Shown piece by piece: positions 22,164 to 33,092 of a stretch of 64,000 bases of DNA; within the stretch, counting starts at the first letter, position 1, and every line of letters starts with the position of its first letter. This DNA is from an uncultured bacterium (lineage in GTDB: Bacteria; Verrucomicrobiota; Verrucomicrobiia; Limisphaerales; UBA8199). The notes below the pieces were generated by a model. The model was not told the origin of the DNA, ran no database searches, and saw nothing but the letters and a program-made list of their open reading frames with translations. The DNA is taken from assembly GCA_963749495.1 (NCBI GenBank), contig CAVVMW010000004.1:320001-384000 (forward strand). The letters are read 5' to 3'. Both the position numbers and the translations under genes were made by a program.

Positions 22164-23532
22164 CTAGGGGTACTTGAAATAATAGCGGGTGTAGGTTGTG
22201 TAAGTGCCGTTTGTCGGCCAATAGGGCTGGCAGAGGTACACCCCGTTTTGGTCCGTGTTGTGGTCCACGGTCCACTGCTGCATCCCCAGTTGGTTGTTCA
22301 CATAATATTGCCCGACGTTTGTCTGGATCGTGTTGTAGCCGATGTAGCAGTTCCAAAAGTAATCAGGGGGCCAACCCTGCGCATAGTTGTCGGTGTAAAG
22401 GTTGAGCGCACAGCACTGCCCAGTAGGACTGGTGCCTTGGAATTCAATCGTGTTGTTCGTGATCGTGACGTTCTCTATCGGCTTGTCTTGGTTGGGGGAA
22501 TAATCATTGATGCCGATGCCCGTCGACGGTGGGCAGGACGTGGGGCAGAACAGGTTCCCTGAGATTACAAGGTTGATGATGCCCGGATAGTGGAGGCCGG
22601 TCTCCGAGACCCCCATGCACAGGCCGAAACTCGACATGCCCACGAACTGATTGTTCACGACTGTCACGTTGGTGTTCCCATAGCTGTCGTTGTAGAAGCC
22701 GACCCACCCGCCGCTGCAATTGTTACCCTCGTACGTGGCAGAGTTCGCGCCGGAGGAATTGATGCAGACGCCGACACCAGGGGCATTGCTAATGACGTTG
22801 TTTTGCACAAGGCCGCCTCCGGTGAAGCCAATGCCGTTCAACAGAGCTCCCCCGGCAGCCGCTCACAGTACAGCCGAGCACCTGGTTGCCGGAGGTGCCA
22901 AAATAGCCCATGTAGATAGCCCAGCCCTCATAACCGGGGGGCTGCCAGCCTGCGGCGTCAAGCACCGTCACTCCGCTAACGGTGCAGTTGTTGCCCCAGA
23001 GCTCAATGCCCATGAGCGTGTTCGGGCTGTTCTTGTTAATGTCGCACTCTATCCTGAGATTGCTTATGGTGATCGAATCCACGTTGTTCCAAAAGACACG
23101 GTTGAAACAGCTCTGCACTTGGAGCTGCAGCGTGGTCCCCGCCGGATCACCCATGACGCATTGGTGTGCTTGTGGACAGGCGCGGGGGGAATAGTTGGTG
23201 ATGCCTTGCGTGTAGAAGGTCCCCGGGCCTAGCACAATGGTGTGCCAGGGGCTGGTGCAGTTGTCCATGATGGCGTCAAAGTCGCCCCAATAGGGGTTCG
23301 CCCAGGTTCCCGAGCCGAAGACCCATCCCCGGCCGCAGCTCATTTGGCTGTGATAGTTCGTGAGGTAGATCGGAGGCATGCCAACCAGAGGCCCGATGGC
23401 CGCTGCGGGGTCGGGTGGCGAATTGTCCGCCGCGCCCGCCCCTGGCGGGTTCATGGCGGTGAGCAGGCCGGCAAATGTGGCCACCAGGGCCAGCGTGCGG
23501 GACCATCGAGGTGCGTTTTTTGCTGTGTTCAT
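22164..23532 (-). CDS. Secreted right-handed parallel beta-helix protein, frameshift near 22845
   Basis: Signal peptide, IVLGPGTFYT, repeated NNxI/GI beta-helix turns; Asn/Thr-rich. Confidence 0.7.
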
Positions 23533-23908
23533 AAGGGCATGCGATCTTTCTGTTGTCAGTCGGTTAACGCGCCGCGATCGCGCGCCGGAGGCTGGATGAG
23601 CAGCACGGCTGCGCCGACGCACGATCTACGGTAGAGCACCTAATGCTCCACAACAAAGGGCGTGAGTCAAGCAAAAAAAAGGACTTGAACAGGCGGCGCC
23701 TTAGGCTTAACGTGCGCTCATGGAAATTGGCTCTGAGGATGGAATGCTGGCGAAGCGAATGGGCCGGGTGTCCAATCCATCCGGGCGCGATGCCCGAGAA
23801 TGGCTGAAGGTCAATGAGGGACCAGCCCCCCGCCGTGCGAGAGGCTCTTGCCAGCAGCGTTCTTTGTCGAACCGCACACCGGCGCGCCGGTGCCACGGAG
23901 GAGAACAG

Positions 23909-25345
23909 ATGAGAGATTCGCTTTTCCTGCTTGTGGGCTGCGCGCTGTTCTGCGCTGCTATGGCGGCAGCGGCGCAGAATTTTGGTGATTTCACATACGC
24001 GACCAACGGGGGTTCGGCCACCATCACCGGTTACACCGGGTCTGGCGGGGCGGTGGTCATTCCCAGCGCCATTTATGGACTGCCAGTCACCGCCATCGGC
24101 GACAGGGTTTTCTTCTCCATGCCCAGCGTGACCGGCGTCACGATTCCTGCCAGCGTCCGGAGCGTTGGCGAGCTTGCGTTCGACGCGTGCGGCCTGACCA
24201 GCCTCACGATTCCCAACAGTGTCACCAACATCGGGTTGGGCGCGTTCTCTGACTGCGTCGGGCTGACCAACGTCACCATCCCCGAGAGCGTGATCAGCAT
24301 CGGCCTGAATGCCTTCAGGGACTGCACCAATCTCATCACCCCGCCAGCCATATTCAGTTATACGACCGTTGACGGCGCCGTGACGGTCACGGATTGGGAC
24401 GGTTCGGGCAGCGCGGTCGCCTTCCCTAGCGCCATCAATGGCCTCCCGGTGACCGCCATCGGGGACTCGCTCGGAGGGCCCCTTTGGGGCGGGTTTTATC
24501 TGCCTTGGGTGACCAACCTGACCGTTGCCAACGGCGTCGCCCGCATAGGCGACGAGACCTTTTTGGCCGGGGCTTTCACGCAGGTCACCATCCCCGCCAG
24601 CGTCACCAACCTCGGCAAGGAAGTCTTCCAGGCTTGTCCCAACGTCACGGCGATCAACGTTGACGGGCAAAACGCGTTTTACGCCAGCGTCAATGGAGTG
24701 GTGTTCGATAAGAGCCGGATGGCCCTGGTGCAGTGGCCAATGGGGATGGTCGGGAGCTATCGCGTTCCCGACGGCGTCGTGAGCATCGCCGATGGCGCGC
24801 TCGAGGGCTCCGACTTCAGCGGCCTTGGGGCTCTGGTGACCAGCCTCACGTTGCCGAGCAGCCTCACCAGCATCGGCGCGCATGCCTTCGACGCCTGCTA
24901 CGCCCTGACCAACGTCACGATAGCAGGCAGCTTGACCAATCTCGGAGACTACGCGTTCGCGGACTGCCCCTCGTTGAAGTGCTTTTTTTTCATGGGGAAT
25001 GCTCCAAGCCTGTTCCCGCTCAACGCAGTCGCCTATGGCCTCCCCCAGAGGCAGGCGGGAAGAATCTGGTACCTGCCGGGCACGACCGGTTGGGACCGGC
25101 CTCTGGAGGTGTGGGTCTCGCTCTGGGACGCGGATGTGGCGGGCGCCGCGGTCCAAGGGGGTCAATTGACCCTTGAAATCACGGCCACCGGAGGCATTCC
25201 TGTGCTGGTTGAGGCCACCACGAACCTGGCGGCTGCAGCCTGGGTCCCCTTGCGGGCCACCCCGCAGGCGCCGAACCTGTATTATGTCCCTGACCCGCAG
25301 TGGACGAATTACCCGGCCCGCTTTTATCGGGTGCGCCCTTTCTAA
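23909..25345 (+). CDS. BspA-type leucine-rich-repeat surface protein
   Basis: GGAGGAG RBS, signal peptide, repeated VTIPxSVTxIGxxAFxxC, C-terminal RFYRV tail. Confidence 0.92.
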   Translation: MRDSLFLLVGCALFCAAMAAAAQNFGDFTYATNGGSATITGYTGSGGAVVIPSAIYGLPVTAIGDRVFFSMPSVTGVTIPASVRSVGELAFDACGLTSLTIPNSVTNIGLGAFSDCVGLTNVTIPESVISIGLNAFRDCTNLITPPAIFSYTTVDGAVTVTDWDGSGSAVAFPSAINGLPVTAIGDSLGGPLWGGFYLPWVTNLTVANGVARIGDETFLAGAFTQVTIPASVTNLGKEVFQACPNVTAINVDGQNAFYASVNGVVFDKSRMALVQWPMGMVGSYRVPDGVVSIADGALEGSDFSGLGALVTSLTLPSSLTSIGAHAFDACYALTNVTIAGSLTNLGDYAFADCPSLKCFFFMGNAPSLFPLNAVAYGLPQRQAGRIWYLPGTTGWDRPLEVWVSLWDADVAGAAVQGGQLTLEITATGGIPVLVEATTNLAAAAWVPLRATPQAPNLYYVPDPQWTNYPARFYRVRPF

Positions 25346-25503
25346 CGGCCTGCTGAGGTCGAGCGCTCTGACCGGTGAGGGCAAACCAGGGATTGGGGGA
25401 AACCCCTTTCCGATCTGCCAATCTGCCACTCCCTCGGGATGCACTCGCGCCACGACCGCGTGGAGGTGCAGGGGTCAGATCTTGTCATAAGGACAAATAG
25501 GGA

Positions 25504-26022
25504 ATGAGGGTAGAGCCCCCTGCTGGTGACTTTGGACGCCTCGTTGCGGGAGCAGAAAAGCTCCGCGTAGTCCGAACTGTCCGCGCTGTCCTTGGACGGA
25601 AGGGCTCCAAGCGGCGCAAAGTGCCCTCCATGAGAGACTCTGGTGATAAGCTCTTGCTAACTCCGCCATGGATCGGCTCTGCGAAGGCCGATCAAGAGCG
25701 CCACTCCCCACAGCCCTGCCGCGGCCACCACCACTTTCAGGCCCTCCAACTGGCCCGGCGCCGCGCCGACCGCATCGAAGCCGAAGCCCAGGCCAGGCAA
25801 GCCGAAGCCGACCGCCGCGCCCGCATCCTCGCCGTAGCCCGCCAGGAGGCCCTCGCCCGGCTCCAGGCCACTGCCGACCTCTCTCTCCGGGCCCAGGCCG
25901 CCGAATTTTCAAACTGCCTGGGCGCCCAAGACGGCGGGCTACAGACCACGAACAGTGCGCAGGGGCCACCGACTCCGGACTGCCCACCAGATCCCCCATT
26001 GAAGCGAATCAAAGTCAATTAA
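25504..26022 (+). CDS. Hypothetical protein or fragment (coiled-coil C-terminus)
   Basis: ORF with coding-like Ala/Arg/Gln-rich 3' half; no recognised motif. Confidence 0.3.
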   Translation: MRVEPPAGDFGRLVAGAEKLRVVRTVRAVLGRKGSKRRKVPSMRDSGDKLLLTPPWIGSAKADQERHSPQPCRGHHHFQALQLARRRADRIEAEAQARQAEADRRARILAVARQEALARLQATADLSLRAQAAEFSNCLGAQDGGLQTTNSAQGPPTPDCPPDPPLKRIKVN

Positions 26023-26197
26023 AGTCAATGAAACCATTTGCGCTGAAAAAAAGACTCCGTGGAGCACATGCATTCCCAGCCCGGGTGAACAGTTGCGAGA
26101 AATCTATGCGCGAAGCCGCCAGGCAAAGCCAGTCGTTTTTCGTGCCCGGTTGTGCTGCTTGCATTGAACACCCCGGCGTTGATAGAATGACGGCGGA

Positions 26198-27475
26198 ATG
26201 AACGCAATTCCTTTCAACGGCCAATTCTTGAGGCTCGGGAAGTATTCGCTCGGGGTGGGGGATCGGTTTGCGCAACAGGCGCGGGCCCAACTCCGGGCCT
26301 GCCTCATGGCGGCCGAGAGGGGCGCGCAGGTCGTGCCGGTCTGGAACAAATCCAACCGGGAGCACCTGATTGTCGGTTCGGAGCCGGGCAGCACCAGGGC
26401 AGCGGCGGATGTGGCCGTCCAGGCCCTGGGGTGGACGTTGCCCTACCATGTGGATGCCGACCATATCCGCCTGGAGACGGTGGACCGGTTCGTGCCGCAC
26501 TCGGATTTCTACACGATCGACGTCGCCGACTGGATCGGGCGGGCGGCCGGGGCGGACGCGATTGCGGCCTTCGTGGGCCGGCACCCGGAGTTGGCCGGAC
26601 GGCTGGATGTGCCGGGGATGGGGCAGCCGTTGACGGCGACGCGCGACGAGGTCGAGCGCAGCGCAGCCAAGTATCTGCTGGCCGTGCGCGAGGCCGGGAA
26701 GGTGTACCGGCATATCGCTCAGGTGAAGGCCCCGAAGCCGTTCATCACCGAGGTGTCGATGGACGAGACCGACAGCCCGCAGAATCCGCGGGAGTTGCTG
26801 GTCATTTTGGCGGCGTTGGCGGACGAAGCCATCCCGGCCCAGACCATCGCGCCCAAGTTCACGGGCCGCTTCAACAAGGGCGTCGATTATGTGGGCGACA
26901 TCGCACAATTCGAGAAGGAGTTCAACGAGGACCTGGCGATCATCGCCTGGGGCGTCAACCGTTATGGGCTGCCTTCAACGCTCAAGCTGAGCGTCCATTC
27001 CGGGAGTGACAAGTTCTCGCTCTACGGCCCAATGCGGCGCGCGCTCCAGCGGTTCGGGGCGGGCCTGCACCTCAAGACGGCGGGCACGACCTGGCTGGAG
27101 GAAGTGATCGGCCTGGCGGAGGCGGGCGGCGACGGCCTGGCGCTGGCCAAGGAGATCTATTGCGAGGCCATGGCGCGCGTGGACGAATTGTGCGCGCCCT
27201 ACGCCGCGGTGATCGATATTGACCGGGCCAGGCTGCCCAGCGCGCAAAGCGTCGGCGCGTGGAGCGCCCAACAATACACGGCGGCGCTGCGGCATGACCC
27301 GAAGAACCCGGCGTACAACCCGCACCTCCGGCAATTGCTGCACGTGGGTTACAAAGTGGCCGCAAAACAGGGGCGGCGCTATCTGGACGCGCTCAACACC
27401 CATGAAGCCATCGTGGCCAGAAACGTGACCGAAAACCTCTTCGAACGGCATCTCAAGCCGCTGTTCATTGGGTAG
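26198..27475 (+). CDS. uxaE: Tagaturonate/fructuronate epimerase
   Basis: YHVDADHI, ITEVSMDET, KFTGRFNKGVDY, SVHSGSDKFS, HLKTAGTTWLEE and RQLLHVGYK motifs. Confidence 0.93.
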   Translation: MNAIPFNGQFLRLGKYSLGVGDRFAQQARAQLRACLMAAERGAQVVPVWNKSNREHLIVGSEPGSTRAAADVAVQALGWTLPYHVDADHIRLETVDRFVPHSDFYTIDVADWIGRAAGADAIAAFVGRHPELAGRLDVPGMGQPLTATRDEVERSAAKYLLAVREAGKVYRHIAQVKAPKPFITEVSMDETDSPQNPRELLVILAALADEAIPAQTIAPKFTGRFNKGVDYVGDIAQFEKEFNEDLAIIAWGVNRYGLPSTLKLSVHSGSDKFSLYGPMRRALQRFGAGLHLKTAGTTWLEEVIGLAEAGGDGLALAKEIYCEAMARVDELCAPYAAVIDIDRARLPSAQSVGAWSAQQYTAALRHDPKNPAYNPHLRQLLHVGYKVAAKQGRRYLDALNTHEAIVARNVTENLFERHLKPLFIG

Positions 27476-27498
27476 CTCCCGCCTCCAAAGGACGCACA

Positions 27499-27733
27499 AT
27501 GGGGCTGCCATTCTTTTACTCGTTCACCTTCATCTTCCTCATCGCGTGTGCGGTGCTTTTTTACCGGGCTGGCGAAGCTGAGGGGCGTTCAGGGGCTCGC
27601 GTGGGGTGGATTGTCACTACTGATCTCGATTGCCGTATGGTACTGGCTCCACGGCGGCTTCTTCGCGATCCTGTTCAGCCAGGTCGGGCTGTTTGTCGCC
27701 ATCACACTCTACCGCTCGCGCAGGCAACCGTGA
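27499..27733 (+). CDS. Small membrane protein, frameshift near 27592
   Basis: Hydrophobic segments continue across two frames. Confidence 0.55.
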
Positions 27734-27941
27734 GGGGCCCGGGTCCGGCCACTGCGCCGGGCTGATCGTGGAGGGGTTCAAAACGAACTTCTCGCCAGGC
27801 GACTGGCCCGCGGGCCTTCACACCAAGAGACGGCAGGAATAGGGACCTCGGTTCGGGTCATTTGGCTGAGAACGATTCCTGTGAAAAAACCTTGCAAAAA
27901 GGGCATTCTCCACCGAAGATCTACTGAACGAACGACGCATT

Positions 27942-29255
27942 ATGTTGCTTCAATTCACTGTCGGCAACTTCAGGTCCTTCAAGGAAAAGGCAACCCTGTC
28001 GCTGGAGGCGACAGGGGACAATTGGCTGGAAGATGAGAATGTTGCCATTGTTGGTGAACGGAGACTGGTCAAGGCGGCTGGGATCTATGGCGCAAACGCG
28101 AGTGGGAAATCGAATTTTTTGCACGCCATGGCCGTATTCAGCGACTGGGTGCAGAAATCCTCGAAGGATGTGCAAGCTGGCGAGAGAATTCTTCAGGTGG
28201 TTCCCTTTCGGCTCCATACGGATACCGAGTCGGCGCCCAGCTTCTTTGAGATAGTGTTCTTGCACGGGGACGTACGCTACCGTTACGGATTCGAAGCGAC
28301 GTTTGAGCGGGTTGTATCGGAATGGCTGTTCAGCCAAAAGGATTCCATTCGTGAAACCCGGCTCTTCACGAGAGATCAGGGGCGGATCACTGTCTTGACC
28401 CCGTTCAAGGAGGGCAAGGGCTTGGAGAAGCGAACCCGGGCGAATGCCTTGTTTCTCTCCGTGGCTGCCCAGTTCAATGGAGAGATCGCGGGTGGAATCC
28501 TGAAATGGATGGGCGAATTCAGAGATGTGTCCAGCATCGAAGATGCTCCCTATATGCGCTACACAGCCGATAGACTGAAGGAGACAGAGTACGCACCGTT
28601 GATTCACGAATTGATCAAGAAGGCAGACACGGGGATCGAGGAACTCCGGCGGGTGGTCCTCCCTTCTGCGGACGCCGTGGAGCTAATCGCACGAGGAGAG
28701 AAGCCGGCTGAGGTGAGGAGCGGTTCGATCACGGCGGACGAGCTTAGAACGCGTCTGCTGTCAGGTGACTTGTCTGCCTATAGCATAAGGACTTTCCACC
28801 GGAGGTACGGACCGGCGCGGGACGTGGCAGGTCGTGTGGAGTTCAACCTGCACACCGACAAATCGGGTGGCACGCAGCGGTTCGTGGCCTTGACGGGGCC
28901 ATTTCTCTTCACCTTGCGTCACGGCTCCACGCTCTTCGTTGACGAGTTGGAGGCCCGGTTGCACCCGCTGCTCACGAGGGCGCTGGTGAGCCTGTTCAAC
29001 AGCCCCGCCAACACAAAGAAGGCGCAGCTTATCTTCGCCACGCACGACGAGGGCCTGCTGGACCCCAAGCGCATCCGCCGCGACCAGGTGTGGTTCGTAG
29101 AGAAAGACGACCTCGGCGCGTCGCGCCTCTACAGCCTGGCAGAGTTCAAAGTGCGTAAGGAGGCCAGATTTGCGAAGGAGTATCTTCTCGGCCAGTTTGG
29201 GGCCGTGCCGCGAGTAGGCGACTTCGAGGAGACTCTGATCCATGGTCGCGAATAA
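27942..29255 (+). CDS. RloA/AbiLi-like ABC-type (AAA_21) ATPase
   Basis: MLLQFTVGNFRSFK, Walker A GANASGKS, SGGTQR, Walker B VDELEARLHP, QLIFATHD, RRDQVWFVEK, YLLGQFGAVP. Confidence 0.92.
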   Translation: MLLQFTVGNFRSFKEKATLSLEATGDNWLEDENVAIVGERRLVKAAGIYGANASGKSNFLHAMAVFSDWVQKSSKDVQAGERILQVVPFRLHTDTESAPSFFEIVFLHGDVRYRYGFEATFERVVSEWLFSQKDSIRETRLFTRDQGRITVLTPFKEGKGLEKRTRANALFLSVAAQFNGEIAGGILKWMGEFRDVSSIEDAPYMRYTADRLKETEYAPLIHELIKKADTGIEELRRVVLPSADAVELIARGEKPAEVRSGSITADELRTRLLSGDLSAYSIRTFHRRYGPARDVAGRVEFNLHTDKSGGTQRFVALTGPFLFTLRHGSTLFVDELEARLHPLLTRALVSLFNSPANTKKAQLIFATHDEGLLDPKRIRRDQVWFVEKDDLGASRLYSLAEFKVRKEARFAKEYLLGQFGAVPRVGDFEETLIHGRE

Positions 29256-29889
29256 GCCGAAGCCATGGCAGACAAGCCGGCCGAGTCGCCGCAATGAAGG
29301 GACGCGCAGGCGGCGTTGCGTCTTGATTGTCTGTGAGGATACCAAGAGCTCATGCCTTTACTTCAGAGCCTTCAAAATCGATCCAGACCGGGCAGAGCTC
29401 TGCACGGTTGGAAAGGGCATGAATACCGCAAGTCTGGTGGAAGAGGCAGTTAGGATTAAGGACCAAGCTGCTGCGGCGCAGGAGCCCTACAACCGCGTGT
29501 GGTGTGTTTTGGACCGGGATGATTTCCCCCTGGCGAACTACAAGCGCGGATTCGATCTAGCGCGAAATGCCAGGATAGAGGTGGCGTGGGCGAACGAAGC
29601 GTTCGAACTGTGGTACTTGCTGCATTTCAACTATCACGACACTGGGATACGCCGCGATGATTACGGAAGGAAGCTGGAGGCGTATCTGCCAGTCCGCTAT
29701 AGCAAAGCGGATCGAGAGATGTACCAGAAGGTACTGGCTCAGCAACAAGCTGCGATCCGAAATGCGAAAAGGCTCGAACGGCACTGGATCGAAATGGGCG
29801 AACGTTCCCCACACTTGCAGAATCCATCCACCAGTATTCACAAGCTCGTCGAGTTTTTGAACGAGCTTGCCGAGCTTGGAGCTGCGTGA
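29242..29889 (+). CDS. RloB/AbiLii family TOPRIM-like protein
   Basis: LIVCED, VWCVLDRDD, NEAFELWYLLHF and NPST motifs; overlaps the ATPase stop. Confidence 0.92.
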   Translation: MVANKPKPWQTSRPSRRNEGTRRRRCVLIVCEDTKSSCLYFRAFKIDPDRAELCTVGKGMNTASLVEEAVRIKDQAAAAQEPYNRVWCVLDRDDFPLANYKRGFDLARNARIEVAWANEAFELWYLLHFNYHDTGIRRDDYGRKLEAYLPVRYSKADREMYQKVLAQQQAAIRNAKRLERHWIEMGERSPHLQNPSTSIHKLVEFLNELAELGAA

Positions 29890-30007
29890 CGGCAGAGACT
29901 GTGGCTGGGGCAGCGCACTACTGCAACCCAGAAGCTGGCGAACGAGAGGGCCGCCATAAAGTTTGCCCCCCGATCCCGTTTTTCGCTATCGTGGGAGCGC
30001 GAACTAA

Positions 30008-30318
30008 ATGAGAACGTTTCACACGACTGGACGGCTTGGGTTGGTGAGGTGTGGCGCGGCGCTTTGGCTGGCGGCAGTGGCGTCCGGCGCGGCTTCTCAA
30101 GGCGGGACGGGATTTGTTCTGGGCCGCGGCGCGCAGCGGCTCATGCTCGACCCGAACGGGGCTCTGGTTGCCTGGGCCGGGCAGTTCGAGCGGGCGGCAG
30201 ACGCCCAGGGTGCGGTTGCCGGGGAGGTTCGCTACCGCGATAAGACCCTGAGCCTCGAATCGCCTCAAGTCTCTCGCGCCGGAGACCGGTTGAGCTGCAG
30301 ATATTGGTGGGCCGCGGC
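30008..30318 (+). pseudogene. 5' fragment of a secreted protein gene, cut at the 30319 repeat
   Basis: Signal-peptide-like start; coding-like sequence ends where the duplicated segment begins. Confidence 0.4.
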
Positions 30319-30368
30319 GCCCTGTTCAGTCGTTGGAGCAGGCGCGGACGATTTTTTCATACAGGAAA

Positions 30369-30683
30369 TCAGACGCTCCGAAAAAGCTCGTCCAACAGGG
30401 CAGCCGGGTACGTTGCAGGAACGCGGTCGGGATGTTCCAGGTCGAATTCCACAACGCAGCGCGCTTCGGCCCGCTCCTTCCAAAAGTCAGGCTGCGCCAT
30501 GAGGCTGGGCAGGTAGAAGGCCGACATTTCGAGGGCCAACTCGGCGCTTGCGGGTGAGTGCAGTGGCAGGAAACCGGGGTCGACCGGCAACTCAAGACCA
30601 GGGTCAAGGGACGCATCCTGCGAGTCGGGGTTATTGGGCTTCGCAGGCGCGGCAGGCCTCTTCGTACACGTCGGCACTCCCAC
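30369..30683 (-). CDS. Small paralogue of 30704-30937 (ACG at the expected ATG; GTG start possible)
   Basis: LELPVDPGF...LALEMS...RCVVEFDL aligns with LEFPVDPDF...VALRLC...KILEEFVL. Confidence 0.6.
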   Translation of the reverse strand: MGVPTCTKRPAAPAKPNNPDSQDASLDPGLELPVDPGFLPLHSPASAELALEMSAFYLPSLMAQPDFWKERAEARCVVEFDLEHPDRVPATYPAALLDELFRSV

Positions 30684-30703
30684 GGCTCGAGAATACTCGT
30701 CTA

Positions 30704-30937
30704 TCAGAGGACAAACTCCTCCAGAATCTTCTCGGCCAGCCGGCGTTCTCTTTGGCCGGGCCGGGCGTTGAGCCAGGGCATCGTTTCCGCGCAAAGCCTT
30801 AAAGCGACCTGCGGGTCCAGCCTCGGGGGCCGAGACACGAAATCGGGATCAACCGGGAATTCCAGATCGGGGAGTTCCGAAGGGGCAGTGGCGGCGCCCG
30901 GTTCAGTCGTTGGAACAGGCGCGGACGATTTTCTCAT
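30704..30937 (-). CDS. Small hypothetical partner of the nucleotidyltransferase
   Basis: 77-aa ORF overlapping the NTase 3' end. Confidence 0.65.
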   Translation of the reverse strand: MRKSSAPVPTTEPGAATAPSELPDLEFPVDPDFVSRPPRLDPQVALRLCAETMPWLNARPGQRERRLAEKILEEFVL

Positions 30938-31440
30938 ACAAATCCAAGTTACCATACTTCAGGAACATCTGGCGAACCTTTTCTGACTGAAGGTCAAGCT
31001 GGTTCACTAGAACGAGGCCTTCGACGTTCCTGGAAGTCTTTCATGAATTGACCGAGGCGGGTGTGCTTGAGAGCGTGCAACTTGAGCGCGATCAAGTGCT
31101 CCAGAGACGGTATGCGCAGCCGGGCACCATACATCTCCACCTCCCGGCTGGCGGCCAGCATGGGCGTGAATGTCGGCTCCCGGACGAACATCAAATCTAC
31201 AGGCCACTCTGCCGGCCCGCGGGCGCCGAATTGGCTGAACGTCTCGGCCTCCCGCTCTGTGAAGTATCCCAAACGCGAGAGCAGCTCACCCCAGGTGGCG
31301 CGCGCGTCCCGCTGAACGAGCAGGTCGAGGTCGAAGGTCTGCCGGGAATAGCCATAGAAGTTGACCGCGTGGCCGCCGATTACCAGGAAATCCAAGCCGC
31401 TCTTTCGCGCCTCTGTCTCCAGTTGTTCAAAAAGACCCAC
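30903..31440 (-). CDS. Nucleotidyltransferase (DUF6036/AbiEii-like), frameshift near 31028
   Basis: FLVIGGHAVNFYGYSRQTFDLDLL, VDLM, LEHLIALKLHA; removing 1 nt gives KDFQDVEGL...YEKIVRACSND*. Confidence 0.85.
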
Positions 31441-31462
31441 GTTTGGCCCGCCTTGTGCCAGC

Positions 31463-33070
31463 TTACCTCGCATCCCCATGCGCCTGGGCGGCGGCGATAA
31501 ACCCCTTGAAGAGCGGGTGCGGCTGGTGGGGTTTGCTGTGAAATTCGGGGTGGAACTGGGAGGCGATGAAAAACGGGTGCTTGGCCAGTTCGATGACTTC
31601 GACGAGCCGGCCATCCGGGGTGAGCCCGCTGAAGACGAAGCCGGCCTTCTCGAAGCGTTCGCGGTAAGCATTATTGAACTCGTAACGGTGGCGGTGGCGC
31701 TCGTTGACGACGAAGGCGCCGTAGAGGCGGGCGGCCCTGGTGCCGACGACTAATTGGCAGGGCTGGGCGCCCAGGCGCATGGTGCCGCCTTTGCGGGTGA
31801 CCCGGGTCTGCTCGTCGAGCATGGCGATGACCGGGTGGGGCGTGTTGGGGTCGAACTCGGTCGAGTGGGCCTTGGCCAGCTTGAGCACGTTGCGGGCGAA
31901 TTCAATGGTGGCGATCTGCATGCCCAGGCACAGGCCCAGGTAGGGCAGGTTGTTTTCCCGCGCGTAGGCGGCCGCCTGGATCTTCCCCTCGATGCCGCGC
32001 CCGCCGAACCCCCCGGGCACCAGGATGCCGCCCAGGCCCTTGAGGTGCTTGGCCGCCCCCTCGCGCTCGAGGTCCTCGGCATCGATCTTCTGGATTTCCA
32101 CCCCGCAATCATTGGCCACCCCGCCGTGGCTGATCGCCTCATAGACCGACTTGTAGGCATCCTGCAGTTCGATGTACTTGCCCACCACGCCGATGCGCAC
32201 CCGGTGTTGGGGGGCGATGATCTTGCGCAGGATCTCCTGCCAGTGCGCCATGTTCGCCCGGGGCGTGTCCAAGTGCAACTGCCGGCAGACCAGTTCGTCC
32301 ACACCCTCCCGCTGCAGCATCAGCGGCACCTCGTAGATGCTGTGGTCCACGTCCTTCTCCTCGACGACCGCCTCGAAGGGGACGTTGCAAAAGAGCGAGA
32401 TCTTCTGGCGCAGCTCCTTTTCCAGGGGCCGCTCGCAGCGGCAGACCAGGATGCTCGGGGCGATGCCGATCTCGCGCAGCTTGGCGACCGATTGCTGGGT
32501 GGGCTTGGTCTTGAGTTCGCCCGCCGCCTTGATGAAGGGGACATAGGTGACATGGACGAAGAGGGCGTTGTGCGGGCCCACCTCCAGCGCGAACTCGCGG
32601 ATGGCCTCCAGGAACGGCAGGCCCTCGATGTCGCCCGTGGTCCCGCCGATCTCGGTGATGATCACGTCGGGCTTGGTCTCTTCGGCCAGCTTGTGGATGC
32701 GATTTTGGATCTCGTTGGTCACGTGCGGGATCACCTGCACCGTCTTGCCCAGGTACTTGCCTTCGCGCTCGTTGTTGAGCACCGTCTGATAGACCTGGCC
32801 GCTGGTCAGGTTGTTGAGCCGCGTCAACTTGCAGTTGGTGAACCGCTCGTAATGGCCCAGGTCCAGGTCCGTCTCCGCCCCGTCGTCCAGCACATACACC
32901 TCCCCGTGCTGATACGGGTTCATCGTGCCCGGATCCACGTTCAGATACGGGTCGAATTTCTGCAGCGCCACCTTCAGGCCCCGGTTCTCCAGCAGCGTCC
33001 CCAGCGAGGCCGCCGTCAGCCCCTTGCCCAGCGAGCTGACCACCCCGCCCGTGACAAAGATGTATTTCAT
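31463..33070 (-). CDS. pyrG: CTP synthase
   Basis: [35 protein letters not shown] and QFHPE motifs. Confidence 0.99.
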   Translation of the reverse strand: MKYIFVTGGVVSSLGKGLTAASLGTLLENRGLKVALQKFDPYLNVDPGTMNPYQHGEVYVLDDGAETDLDLGHYERFTNCKLTRLNNLTSGQVYQTVLNNEREGKYLGKTVQVIPHVTNEIQNRIHKLAEETKPDVIITEIGGTTGDIEGLPFLEAIREFALEVGPHNALFVHVTYVPFIKAAGELKTKPTQQSVAKLREIGIAPSILVCRCERPLEKELRQKISLFCNVPFEAVVEEKDVDHSIYEVPLMLQREGVDELVCRQLHLDTPRANMAHWQEILRKIIAPQHRVRIGVVGKYIELQDAYKSVYEAISHGGVANDCGVEIQKIDAEDLEREGAAKHLKGLGGILVPGGFGGRGIEGKIQAAAYARENNLPYLGLCLGMQIATIEFARNVLKLAKAHSTEFDPNTPHPVIAMLDEQTRVTRKGGTMRLGAQPCQLVVGTRAARLYGAFVVNERHRHRYEFNNAYRERFEKAGFVFSGLTPDGRLVEVIELAKHPFFIASQFHPEFHSKPHQPHPLFKGFIAAAQAHGDAR

Positions 33071-33092
33071 CGAATGTAATCTGTGGAGCTGC

